This document shows positions 8,707 to 19,200 of a stretch of DNA of 64,000 nt, piece by piece. This DNA is from an uncultured Candidatus Saccharibacteria bacterium (lineage in GTDB: Bacteria > Patescibacteriota > Minisyncoccia > GCA-002772825). The position numbers and the translations under genes were made by a program. Below the pieces are notes generated by a model, which was not told where the DNA came from, made no database searches, and saw only the letters and a program-made list of their open reading frames with translations. The stretch spans positions 36,202 through 100,201 of the forward strand of contig CAZLLR010000001.1 of assembly GCA_964560655.1 (NCBI GenBank), read 5' to 3'. The first letter of the stretch is position 1, and each line of letters begins with the position of its first letter.

Positions 8707-10065
8707 TTATATATTACCGAAGTCACCTTTTTCTATGCTAGAGAAACTTACTTTCTTTTCGTTGAAGTATAACTCTACATTTCCAGTAGGGCCATTTCTG
8801 TGCTTCTCTACCATAATCTGAGCGATATTTTTTTTCTCAGTCTCTCGGTATTTATCTTCACGATATATAAACATTACGACATCAGCATCTTGCTCTATAG
8901 ACCCTGAGTCTCGTAAATCAGAAAGACGAGGTATACCGCCACGTTGCTCTACAGATCTTGAGAGTTGAGAGAGTGCAAGTACGGGCACGTCGAGCTCACG
9001 AGCAAGCTGTTTTAGAGAACGAGAGATCTCAGTAATCTGTTGGACCATAGAGTCTGTGTGCTTACGGGGAGACATAAGCTGGAGGTAGTCTACAATAATA
9101 AGCCCTAAGCCGTGCTGACTCTGCATCCTCCTTGCGGCAGATCGCATCTTGATAATATTGTTTGAAGCGTCATCATCTATGAAGATAGGCGCTTTTGAAA
9201 GTCTGTCCATGGCGTCACGTATTCTTGCAAATTCGTCTTCTCCAGTAAGGCGCCCTGTCCTAAGCTTCCAAGAGTCCACATGCGCCTCTGAGGCAAGCAT
9301 GCGGTCAGCTAGCTGACCGACACTCATTTCAAGAGAAAAAATACCTACCGGGATATTATGCTTAATAGCTGTACCCCTTGCTATATCAAGAGCAAGGGAT
9401 GTCTTTCCGTGAGAGGGCCTGGCAGCAAGTATCACGAGGTCTGATTTCTGAAGGCCGGCAAGTAGGTTATCAAGTTCATGAAAGCCAGTCGGTATTCCAC
9501 GTATCTCATCTGTAGATTTATTTAAATTATCGATCCTTTCCCATGCTTCACCTAGAGCATCTCCTATAGCGACGAAATTCTTATTATTGGAAGTTTGGGA
9601 AATATCAAAAATACTCTTTTCAGCCTGATCAAGTAATATGTCTATATCTTCATTTTCATCATACCCAAACCCTGATATTTGGTGAGAAGCGCCTATAAGG
9701 TCGCGAAGGATTCTCTTCCTGTGGACTATCTCTGCATAATATTTAGCGTTTGAAGCGGAAGGCACAGAATTAACGAGTTCTGTGAGGTAGCTGTTACCAC
9801 CCACTTCGTCCAAAACCTTCTGCTCTTTGAGTCTATTAGAGACAGATAGAAAATCTATAGGGTCATGATTGTGAAAAAGCTCAAATATCGTCTTATAGAT
9901 AATCCTATTTTTATCGTGGTAGAAATCACCTTCTTCTATAAGATCTACCACTTCATGCATCGCTTCAGTATCAAGCATTATAGAGCCGAGTACGGATTTC
10001 TCCGCATCAAGGCTATGAGGTGGAATGCGAACGAGACCTGACTGAGCATTAACTTCATTTGTCAT
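8707..10065 (-). CDS. dnaB: replicative DNA helicase DnaB
   Basis: DnaB N-terminal domain plus RecA-like domain with Walker A GKTSLAL. About 450 aa and no intein. Confidence 0.9.
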   Translation of the reverse strand: MTNEVNAQSGLVRIPPHSLDAEKSVLGSIMLDTEAMHEVVDLIEEGDFYHDKNRIIYKTIFELFHNHDPIDFLSVSNRLKEQKVLDEVGGNSYLTELVNSVPSASNAKYYAEIVHRKRILRDLIGASHQISGFGYDENEDIDILLDQAEKSIFDISQTSNNKNFVAIGDALGEAWERIDNLNKSTDEIRGIPTGFHELDNLLAGLQKSDLVILAARPSHGKTSLALDIARGTAIKHNIPVGIFSLEMSVGQLADRMLASEAHVDSWKLRTGRLTGEDEFARIRDAMDRLSKAPIFIDDDASNNIIKMRSAARRMQSQHGLGLIIVDYLQLMSPRKHTDSMVQQITEISRSLKQLARELDVPVLALSQLSRSVEQRGGIPRLSDLRDSGSIEQDADVVMFIYREDKYRETEKKNIAQIMVEKHRNGPTGNVELYFNEKKVSFSSIEKGDFGNI

Positions 10066-10137
10066 AATAGGATTTTAACATAGATAAGATAAACTCCAAA
10101 ATATCTAGGAGCCATTGACTAATTTCTCTTTAAGCCT

Positions 10138-11586
10138 CTATATTTTCTTTATTTTTTGTCCGACAGAGGTGTCTTCCACAGAGTAACCGAGTTCATTTAT
10201 CTTATCTCGGAGATCATCAGCTTTTCCCCAATCTTTTTCTGTGCGAGCTTCTTCTCTTTCTTTAGCAACTGCCAATACATCTTCTGGTATTTTCTCTTCT
10301 TTTATCTCTGCCAGGTCAAGACCAAGCACTTCGTCAAACCTTTCTATAAGTTCTAGTGTTTTCACTGAGTCTTCCTTAGAGAATTTATGCTCGTCTATGA
10401 GCTTATTTATATGTGTAGTAAGACTAAAGAGCACGGCAAGGGCCTCAGGAGTATTCAGGTCATCGTTTATCACTTTATAAAACTCTTTCTTGGCCTCACT
10501 TAATAGCTCTTTTACCAGAGGAGAAAAAGAGCCATCTCCTGAGACACCTCTCAACCTTTCTGTGAATTCATAAAGACGTGAGAGCCCGCTTTTAGCCTGG
10601 TGTAGTGACTCCCAAACAAACTTCATCGGCTTATGATAGTGAGTCTGAAGGAGAAGAAAACGAAATTCAAGAGGGGAGAAGCCGTGCTCTACTAGAGCAG
10701 CAAGGGTTATAAAACCACTGGCAGATTTAGACATTTTAGCGTCACCGAATTTAAGGAAAGCTCCGTGTATCCAATATTTGGCAAGAGGCTTGCCTGTAGC
10801 CGCTTCAGATTGAGCTATCTCGTTTGTATGATGTACCCTTATATGATCTTCCGCCCCGCAATGTATATCAAAGCTCTCTCCAAGGTACTTCATAGACATC
10901 GCCGAACACTCTATATGCCAGCCAGGGAAACCTTTACCCCAAGGACTCTTCCAGCCAAGCCCTGAGTTAAACTTCCATAAAGCGAAATCTCTTAAGTGTC
11001 TCTTCTCCGGGTTAATACCTATCCTAGCAAATTTTTCATCTGATCCTAGTGGAGAATCCTCGTCTTTTAAGAGTCCGGCAAGCTTGCCATAATCTTCCAA
11101 CTTAGAAATATCAAAATAAACTCCGTCACTCGTGGTGTATATATACCCTTTCTCTTCCAGTCTTTTTATCAAGCCTAGTTGCTCTTGTATGTGAGCTGAA
11201 GCAGAGCAATAAATATCAGGTGATATAATGTTGAGCTTCTTTATGTCTTTCTTAAATTTATCAGCATAGAAAGCACCTACTTCCTCCATAGACTCAAGGG
11301 TAAGAGGCTTTCCTTCTCGCCTGAGTGCTTTAGTCATCTTGTCTTCACCTTCATCCGCGTCAGAGACCAAATGCCCCACATCAGTGAAATTCATAACATG
11401 ATTAACATCATAGCCATTATGTACTAAGACACGCTTAAGTATATCTTCAAAGACATATGTCCTTAGGTTCCCTATGTGAGCATAGTCATATACGGTTGGA
11501 CCGCAGGTGTAAAATCCCACTTTCTTATCGACAAGTGACCTAAAGACTTCTTTTTTCCTTGAAAGAGTATTATATAATTTCAACAT
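10138..11586 (-). CDS. cysS: cysteine--tRNA ligase
   Basis: HIGH-like motif (CGPTVYDYAHIGN) and KMSKS. Class I aaRS. Confidence 0.9.
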   Translation of the reverse strand: MLKLYNTLSRKKEVFRSLVDKKVGFYTCGPTVYDYAHIGNLRTYVFEDILKRVLVHNGYDVNHVMNFTDVGHLVSDADEGEDKMTKALRREGKPLTLESMEEVGAFYADKFKKDIKKLNIISPDIYCSASAHIQEQLGLIKRLEEKGYIYTTSDGVYFDISKLEDYGKLAGLLKDEDSPLGSDEKFARIGINPEKRHLRDFALWKFNSGLGWKSPWGKGFPGWHIECSAMSMKYLGESFDIHCGAEDHIRVHHTNEIAQSEAATGKPLAKYWIHGAFLKFGDAKMSKSASGFITLAALVEHGFSPLEFRFLLLQTHYHKPMKFVWESLHQAKSGLSRLYEFTERLRGVSGDGSFSPLVKELLSEAKKEFYKVINDDLNTPEALAVLFSLTTHINKLIDEHKFSKEDSVKTLELIERFDEVLGLDLAEIKEEKIPEDVLAVAKEREEARTEKDWGKADDLRDKINELGYSVEDTSVGQKIKKI

Positions 11587-11597
11587 TTTAAAAATGA

Positions 11598-12512
11598 CTA
11601 CATCCAGCCTTTCTTTTTAAAGAAGCTGAACATAAATATAGTTGCAATAGCCATTATAGCCATTACCACCCAGAAGTCACCCTTTACCCCTACTATCGGC
11701 AAGTATCGAGTATTCATGCCAAAGATGGCTGCAATAAGAGATAGCGGAAAAGTGACAAAAGCCATGATAGTAAGAAACTTCATAACCTCATTCGTCTTTG
11801 TAGAAAGAAGTGAGTCGTTCGTCTCGCGGAGGTCTGTTAAAGTCTCTTTCTGTATTTCAAGCTGGCTAGCTACTTTAAAATATTCGCCGACCATATCAGA
11901 TAGATGATAAGAAAAATCTTTACCGAAGAAATTAACCCCGGCAACTTCAAAAGAGGAGAGGATCTCTTTGTGTGGACGCACTGCTTGATTAAAATTAATA
12001 AGATCCCTGTTTACTATAGATATACTTTTTACCATCTGCTTCTCCTTACCATTGAAAATATTATCTTCTATAAGCTCGATCTTCTCACCTATATGATCAA
12101 GTTGCCTTAGTGAGAACTCGTAAAGCTGGCGAAGTATATAGAAGACGAGGAAGCCGGCGTGTTCGCCGATATTACTCTTGTCTAAGATGGAGTTTACCTC
12201 AAACATTTTTGAGAACTCATGAAGAGGGTCGATAGTCTCATAGTGAGTAGTGATCAAGAAATTTTTCCCGATAATAAAATCAACTTCTCTCCCGTCTGAG
12301 CCTTGCGTCTTCTGACTATAGACAGGAAAGTGGAGTATGAGGTAGATGAGGTTGGGGTAGACGTCCACTTTCGGGCGAAGAGTCGGGCGCATGAGCTCGT
12401 CAGCAACAAGGATAGGGATAGAAAAATCTTTCATAATCTTCTCTATATCGTCTCTTGTCGGAGATTCAAGGTTTACCCAAATTAGCTTCTTGTGTTTATA
12501 AGTTGTCATCAT
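11598..12512 (-). CDS. corA: CorA-family Mg2+/Co2+ transporter
   Basis: GMN motif (IFGMNTRY) followed by two C-terminal TM helices. Confidence 0.8.
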   Translation of the reverse strand: MMTTYKHKKLIWVNLESPTRDDIEKIMKDFSIPILVADELMRPTLRPKVDVYPNLIYLILHFPVYSQKTQGSDGREVDFIIGKNFLITTHYETIDPLHEFSKMFEVNSILDKSNIGEHAGFLVFYILRQLYEFSLRQLDHIGEKIELIEDNIFNGKEKQMVKSISIVNRDLINFNQAVRPHKEILSSFEVAGVNFFGKDFSYHLSDMVGEYFKVASQLEIQKETLTDLRETNDSLLSTKTNEVMKFLTIMAFVTFPLSLIAAIFGMNTRYLPIVGVKGDFWVVMAIMAIATIFMFSFFKKKGWM

Positions 12513-12637
12513 AATGAAATCATTATACCGTAAATAACAAAATTGTTTAAACTGACTATGTGGACACGCAACTTTTTACTAGTTTTTCCACAGCTTAGAT
12601 TAGAATAATTTAAATACTGCATGTTAATATAAAGTAT

Positions 12638-12787
12638 ATGGAAAGTATTTTATATTTCATCGCAGGTGTAGCTTTAGGTTCTTACCTCAGCCGAAGTTGG
12701 AATACCAAAGGCTTCAAGACTCTCAAGAAAAAAATAAAATCTAAAAAGAAAACGTCATTAAGGAAAGACCTCAAAACGACTCTATAG
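12638..12787 (+). CDS. possible 49-aa membrane-anchored basic peptide (MESILYFIAGVALGSYLSRSWNTKGFKTLKKKIKSKKKTSLRKDLKTTL)
   Basis: ORF read by eye. N-terminal TM, Lys-rich tail. No SD upstream. Weak call. Confidence 0.2.
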   Translation: MESILYFIAGVALGSYLSRSWNTKGFKTLKKKIKSKKKTSLRKDLKTTL

Positions 12788-12817
12788 TTAGAGATGAGGT
12801 ACTGTTTTAACAAATAA

Positions 12818-12855
12818 GAATTACATATTTAATTACGTAATTAAATATGTAATTC
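12818..12855. repeat. 38-bp perfect palindrome GAATTACATATTTAATTAC|GTAATTAAATATGTAATTC
   Basis: Exact inverted repeat, AT-only stem, 20 nt upstream of the -35 of the rpoB promoter. Confidence 0.6.
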
Positions 12856-12874
12856 TTTAAGTGTATAACGAGAT

Positions 12875-12902
12875 TTGACAGATTTTGAGGGGTGTGTATA
12901 AT
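12875..12902 (+). promoter_or_regulatory. sigma70-type promoter upstream of rpoB (TTGACA-16-TGTATAAT)
   Basis: Consensus -35 and extended -10 about 170 nt upstream of the rpoB start. Confidence 0.6.
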
Positions 12903-13073
12903 AGTAAACAATATCTAAATGATTGAGTTTTTGAAGCAACATGATAGAAAACAATATAATTAATAGCTTTATTAGTGATCGCTTATCATTTAACTAACTA
13001 AATAAGAAGGAATCTACAAAAATCCCCTGAAGAATAAGGCGGAAGGGCGATTTTTGTATTTTTTTGTTTTTTT

Positions 13074-16000
13074 ATGCATAACAAAACATCATCACATTTA
13101 GGAGAGAAGAAATTTTTCTCTAGATACAAGAAGCCTCTTATTGACCTACCTAACCTTGTAGAAGTGCAGACATTTTCATATGAGTGGTTCTTAAAAGAAG
13201 GTATAAAAGAACTTTTCAATGAGTTCTCACCTATAAATGACTATTCTGATAAAGAATTTACCATTGAGTTTATAGGTTTCTCTGTAGATAAACCTAAATT
13301 TAATGAGTACGAATCAAAGATAAAGAATTTAACATACAGCGCACCTCTCAAAGCTAAAATCAGGCTTACTAATAAATTTCTAAAAGAGGTAAGAGAACAA
13401 GAGATCTTCTTTGCAGACCTTCCTCTTATGACAGACCACGGTACTTTTATAATAAATGGCGTGGAAAGAGTGATAGTGCCTCAGTTGGCTAGGTCTTTTG
13501 GCGCATATTTTACATCTAGTATATTCCGTGGGCACAAATACTTCGGAGCTAAGATAATCCCTAACAGAGGAGCTTGGATTGAAATAGAGACTGATCCAGA
13601 TGGAGCGATCTACGCCAGAATAGATAGAAAGAAAAAAATCCCCGTAACTTCACTTTTGAGGGTTCTTAGAGCTGTAGAAAACAAAAAAACAAACCAAGAC
13701 ATCGGGTCTTACTTTGACAAAATTGATACAGGAAAAATCCCTTATATAAAAAATACTCTGGAAAAAGACATTTTAATAAAGACCGATGAAGACGCTTTCA
13801 TGGAAGTGTTTAGGCGCCTGAGGCCAGAAGAACCTACAACCCCTGAGAACGCAAGGAGTTTTATGGAAAATGTTTTCAGTTCTGCTCGTTACGACCTTTC
13901 TCAGGTTGGACGATACAAACTTAATTATAGACTCGATTTTCCTACAAACAATATAAAGAATGAATCTAAGGTGATCTCTTTTAAAGATATGGTGGCGATA
14001 GTCTCAAAGGTGATAGAGATGAATAATGACCCTAAAGCTACTAGTGATGACATAGACCACTTAGGAAACAGAAGGATACGAGCTGTCGGCGAGATGCTCC
14101 AACAAAGACTCCGTGTGGGAATGTCACGATTGAAGAAGAACATGCAAGATCGCATGTCTACCTTAGACAAAGAGATCCTTATCTCAAGCCAGATAGTAAA
14201 TCCTAGGCCATTTTCGGCTGTAATGAAAGAATTTTTTGCTACAAACCAGCTTTCTCAATTCATGGGACAACAAAACATCCTCTCTGAAGTAGAGCACCTT
14301 AGAAGACTATCCGCCTTGGGTCCAGGAGGACTCACGAGGGAGAGAGCTGGCCTTGATGTTCGTGATGTACATACTTCACACTACGGAAGAATCTGCCCTA
14401 TCCAAACCCCAGAAGGCCCAAACATTGGTCTAGTCGTTAATCTTTCAAGTTATGCCAAGCTTAATGAATACGGCATAGTAGAAACTCCTTATAGGAAAGT
14501 AATAAAAGGAAAGATAACCTCTGAGATTGTTTACTTAAACGCACACGATGAATCTAAATACAACATTGCCAATGCAATGCTTCGTTATGACACTAAGACG
14601 ATGCAGATACTTGATAATGAAGTAGAAGCAAGGTCCCACACTAACCCCGGATATGTTTCTAAAGAAGATGTGGATTTTGTAGAAGTGGCTTCAAATCAAG
14701 CCTTTAGTATCGCCACATCACTTATTCCTTTTCTTGAGCACGATGATGCCACAAGAGCACTCATGGGTTCAAACATGATGAGGCAAGCGACACCTTGTAT
14801 TATCACACAAGCTCCACTTGTATCAACAGGCATCGAAGAGAAGGTTGCTCGTGATTCGGGGAGACTTATTATTGCTAAAGAGGAAGGTGAGATAAGTTTC
14901 GTAGATGCAAGCGAGATAAGAATCAAAGAAAAAGGCTCCAAAAAAGATAGAGTATATAAACTTACAAATTTCTTAAGGACAAATGACTTTACCGCCTTTC
15001 ACCACAAACCTCTTGTCAATATGGGGGATAAGATAAAGAAAGGACAAATCCTAGCTGACAACTCTTCAAGTAAAGACGGACAATTGGCCTTAGGTCAGAA
15101 TATAATGGTCGCTTTCCTTTCATGGGGTGGAGCAAACTATGAAGATGCTATTGTTATCTCAGAGAAACTCGTGAGAGATAATGTGTTCTCTACTATTCAC
15201 CTTGAAGAATTCTCTGTAAATGTACGAGACACTAAGTTGGGGCCAGAGCAAACTACTTTCGATATTCCAAATGTAGGAGAAGATAAACTTAAAGATCTCG
15301 ACGAAGACGGCATAGTAAGAATAGGGGCAGAAGTAAGGTCTGGTGATATCTTAGTCGGTAAAATTACGCCAAAAGGAGAAACTGAGCTCACTCCTGAAGA
15401 GCGTCTATTGAGATCTATCTTTGGTGAAAAAGCACGAGATGTAAAAGACACTTCACTTAGACTCGGTCACGGTAAACGGGGGCGAGTTATTAGTGTCAGG
15501 GTCTTCTCCAGAGAACAAGGAGATAAACTTGAGTCAGGTATAATAAAACAAATTAAAATTGAGGTTGCTCAAATACGAAAGATTTTAGTAGGAGACAAAC
15601 TTTCAGGAAGGCATGGAAACAAAGGTGTTATCTCTAAAGTTTTACCTGAGGAAGAAATGCCTTACCTCGCAGATGGAACACCTGTTGAAATAATCTTAAG
15701 TCCTCTTGGTATCGCAAGTCGTATGAACTTCGGACAGATACTGGAGACCCACTTAGGGTGGGCTGCCGCGCACGGCAATTTCCAGGCAGTTACAACACCT
15801 TTTGACGGAGTAAAAGAAGAAGAGATTGAAGAAGAGCTTAAGAAGGCGGGTCTACCAGGAAATGGTAAAACTCAACTCTTTGACGGGAGGACAGGAGAAG
15901 CTTTCGCTAATGATGTAACTGTCGGCTATATGTATGTAATGAAGCTACATCACATGGTAGAAGACAAGATTCATATGCGTTCCGTTGGGCCTTACTCACT

Positions 16001-16286
16001 TATCACACAGCAACCACTTGGAGGAAAAGCGCAGGGTGGAGGACAGAGGTTTGGGGAGATGGAAGTATGGGCGCTTGAAGGATACGGAGCCGCTCATACA
16101 CTACAAGAAATGCTCACTATAAAGTCAGACGACATCATTGGAAGATCTGCGGCATATGATGCCATAGTGAAAGGTGAACAATTTAAAGAGCCAAATTTAC
16201 CAGCATCATTTCATGTGTTGTTAAACGAACTTAAAGGTCTAGCTCTCGATGTAGAATTAAAAAGTAAAAGTAACGAAGATAAATAA
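13074..16286 (+). CDS. rpoB: DNA-directed RNA polymerase subunit beta
   Basis: 1070 aa. Conserved RpoB blocks (GTFIINGVERV, NMQRQA-like, C-terminal HMVEDKIHMRSVGPYSLITQQPLGGKAQ). Confidence 0.95.
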   Translation: MHNKTSSHLGEKKFFSRYKKPLIDLPNLVEVQTFSYEWFLKEGIKELFNEFSPINDYSDKEFTIEFIGFSVDKPKFNEYESKIKNLTYSAPLKAKIRLTNKFLKEVREQEIFFADLPLMTDHGTFIINGVERVIVPQLARSFGAYFTSSIFRGHKYFGAKIIPNRGAWIEIETDPDGAIYARIDRKKKIPVTSLLRVLRAVENKKTNQDIGSYFDKIDTGKIPYIKNTLEKDILIKTDEDAFMEVFRRLRPEEPTTPENARSFMENVFSSARYDLSQVGRYKLNYRLDFPTNNIKNESKVISFKDMVAIVSKVIEMNNDPKATSDDIDHLGNRRIRAVGEMLQQRLRVGMSRLKKNMQDRMSTLDKEILISSQIVNPRPFSAVMKEFFATNQLSQFMGQQNILSEVEHLRRLSALGPGGLTRERAGLDVRDVHTSHYGRICPIQTPEGPNIGLVVNLSSYAKLNEYGIVETPYRKVIKGKITSEIVYLNAHDESKYNIANAMLRYDTKTMQILDNEVEARSHTNPGYVSKEDVDFVEVASNQAFSIATSLIPFLEHDDATRALMGSNMMRQATPCIITQAPLVSTGIEEKVARDSGRLIIAKEEGEISFVDASEIRIKEKGSKKDRVYKLTNFLRTNDFTAFHHKPLVNMGDKIKKGQILADNSSSKDGQLALGQNIMVAFLSWGGANYEDAIVISEKLVRDNVFSTIHLEEFSVNVRDTKLGPEQTTFDIPNVGEDKLKDLDEDGIVRIGAEVRSGDILVGKITPKGETELTPEERLLRSIFGEKARDVKDTSLRLGHGKRGRVISVRVFSREQGDKLESGIIKQIKIEVAQIRKILVGDKLSGRHGNKGVISKVLPEEEMPYLADGTPVEIILSPLGIASRMNFGQILETHLGWAAAHGNFQAVTTPFDGVKEEEIEEELKKAGLPGNGKTQLFDGRTGEAFANDVTVGYMYVMKLHHMVEDKIHMRSVGPYSLITQQPLGGKAQGGGQRFGEMEVWALEGYGAAHTLQEMLTIKSDDIIGRSAAYDAIVKGEQFKEPNLPASFHVLLNELKGLALDVELKSKSNEDK

Positions 16287-16291
16287 ATTTT

Positions 16292-19200
16292 ATGGAAAAA
16301 AAAGTTACAGATTTTGATTCAATAATGTTAAAACTTGCTTCTCCAGAAAAGATTCTTTCGTGGTCTCATGGTGAAGTTACCAAACCTGAAACTATAAACT
16401 ATAGGACTCAGCGCTCAGAGCGTAACGGCCTCTTCGATGAGAGAATATTCGGACCAGAGAAAGACTATGAATGTTACTGTGGTAAATATCGACGTATTCG
16501 CTATAAAGGTATTATTTGTGAAAAATGCGGGGTGGAAGTAACACGTTCTATAGTAAGAAGAGAGAGGATGGGACACATAACACTCGCTGTGCCAGTCTCT
16601 AATATCTGGTTTGTACGAAATATCCCATCAAGACTTGGCTTATTGCTAGACCTTTCAATAGCTAACCTTGAAAAAGTTATTTACTTTGCCGGATACATCA
16701 TCACTAAAGTAAACGAAGAAGAGAAAGCTAAGTTAAGGAGCGACTTAGAGAAGGAATATAAATCTAAAGTCAAAGAAAAAGCAAAGGGAGAAGAGAAAGA
16801 TACTCTTAAAGAGGCTCTAACGGTAGCAAGGAAGGAACTTGATTCAATCAAGCAAAATAAAGTATTGAGTGAAGTTGAATACTATAACCTTAGCCTCAAA
16901 TATGGAGAATTACTTGAGGTAGAAACTGGGGCAGAAGGTCTTTATAATATTTGTAAAAAAATAGATCTTAAGGTTCTCCGCGAAGAGTCTGAGTCTAAAC
17001 TCGATGCGTCTTCCGCCTCAGAAAGGGTAAAAAACCAAAAAAGATTAAAACTAGTACGATCTATGGAGTTAGCTAGTGTCCGTCCTGAGTGGATGTTTCT
17101 AACAGTAATACCTATCACTCCTCCAGCCTTGCGTCCAATGGTTGCTCTTGATGGGGGGAGACACGCCACTTCTGATGTAAATGACCTCTACAGACGAGTT
17201 ATAAACAGAAACAACCGACTTAAGAAGCTTATAGACTTAAGGGCTCCTGATGTAATCTGCCGAAACGAGAAAAGAATTCTCCAAGAGGCGGTAGATGCTC
17301 TAATAGACAACTCCGCTAGGTCTTCACAGAAAACAGCAATATCTCAAGCTCAGAGACGCCCGCTTAAGTCACTCGCTGATATGCTAAGAGGGAAACAGGG
17401 TAGGTTCCGTCAAAATCTTCTTGGAAAACGAGTTGATTATTCAGGGCGAAGTGTTATCGTCGTCGGACCAGAGCTTAAGCTTCACCAATGTGGACTGCCT
17501 AAACATATGGCACTAGAACTTTTCCGTCCGTTTGTTATCTCAAAATTGATCTCAAGAGATATGGCGTTTAACATAAGAGGATCAAACAAACTTATAGATG
17601 AGAAGACTCCGGAAGTTTGGGCTATACTAGAAGAGATTATTAAAGAAAAATATGTACTCTTGAACCGTGCTCCTACTCTACATCGTCTTGGCATCCAAGC
17701 TTTCCAACCGATACTTATAGAAGGAAATGCCATCCAAGTGCACCCTCTGGTATGTACTGCCTTCAACGCAGACTTCGACGGAGACCAGATGGCTGTACAT
17801 GTGCCTCTATCTGACAAAGCGCAAAAAGAAGCAAAAGAGATTATGCTCTCATCTAGAAATCTTCTAAACCCAGGAGACGGTAAGCCCGTCGTACAACCTT
17901 CTCAGGATATAGTACTAGGCTGTTTCTGGATGACACAAATTGTCGCTGGGTCAAAAGGCGAAGGAATGATATTCTCAAGTCCAAACGAGGCTATTACTGC
18001 CTTTGACTTCGGACATGTAGATCTTAAAGCCAAAATACAACTTTTAGGCACAGATAGTCCTACATATAAAGCCTTTAAAGGTAAATTACTTGAAACTTCT
18101 GTAGGGAGACTTCTTTTTAACAGCGTTCTCCCTACAGATTTTCCCTTTGAGAATGAAGAGATGTCTAAGAAAAAGCTTTCATCTATCACCGATGAGCTTA
18201 TACTTAAATACGGTTCTGATAAAACACCTGAAATATTAGATAAAATAAAAAACTTTGGATATAAATACGCCACTAAGTCAGGAATTAGTTGGGGTTACGA
18301 AGACCTCATCATCCCTAAAGACAAACCTGCCCTAGTCAAAAAATCAAGGGATAAAGTCGCTTTAATTGAAGAACATTTTAAGAACGGACTTCTTACTGAC
18401 AATGAACGTTACCAAAAAATTATTGAAATATGGGAAGAAGTAAGAAATGAATTAGATAAGCTAGTTCCTGAAGGATTAGACAAACTTGGACCAGTCCATG
18501 TGATGGTCACCTCAAAGGCCAGAGGAACTTGGGCTCAGATTGCCCAGATGATCGGTATGAAAGGACAAGTGGTGAATCCGGCTGGTAGAATTATCGATTT
18601 TCCTGTTCTCTCAAGTTATAAAGAGGGGCTTACTGTGCTTGAATACTTCATCTCCACTCATGGCGCAAGAAAAGGGCTTGCTGACACAGCCTTAAAGACA
18701 GCTAAAGCCGGATATCTTACAAGGAGGCTTGTTGACGTAGCTCAAGATGTAGTAGTAAACGAATATGACTGCAAAACATCAAAAGGCGTAATAATAAAGA
18801 GGGAAGACGCTATAAAGAAAAATAAAGACCTTTCTGTTTATCTTGATGGACGAATCTTATTAAGCTCACTTAAGGTAACTGTGGATGGAGAAACTCGTGA
18901 ATTTAAAAAGAACCATTTGATAAATAGCGAGGAATCAAAATTTATCGACGCGGGCAATATGCCCGAGGTTATAGTTCGTTCTCCTATCAACTGCGAAGCT
19001 CCTACTGGAGTATGCCAACTTTGCTACGGAAGAGACTTGGGGAGAAACGACTTGGTAAAGATCGGTGCCACAGTAGGGGTAGTGGCAGCTCAAGCCATTG
19101 GTGAGCCTGGAACTCAGCTTACAATGAGAACTTTCCATCTTGGGGGAGTAGCAGGAAGAGGAGATATAACTCAAGGTTTGCCTCGCGTAGAGGAAGTCTT

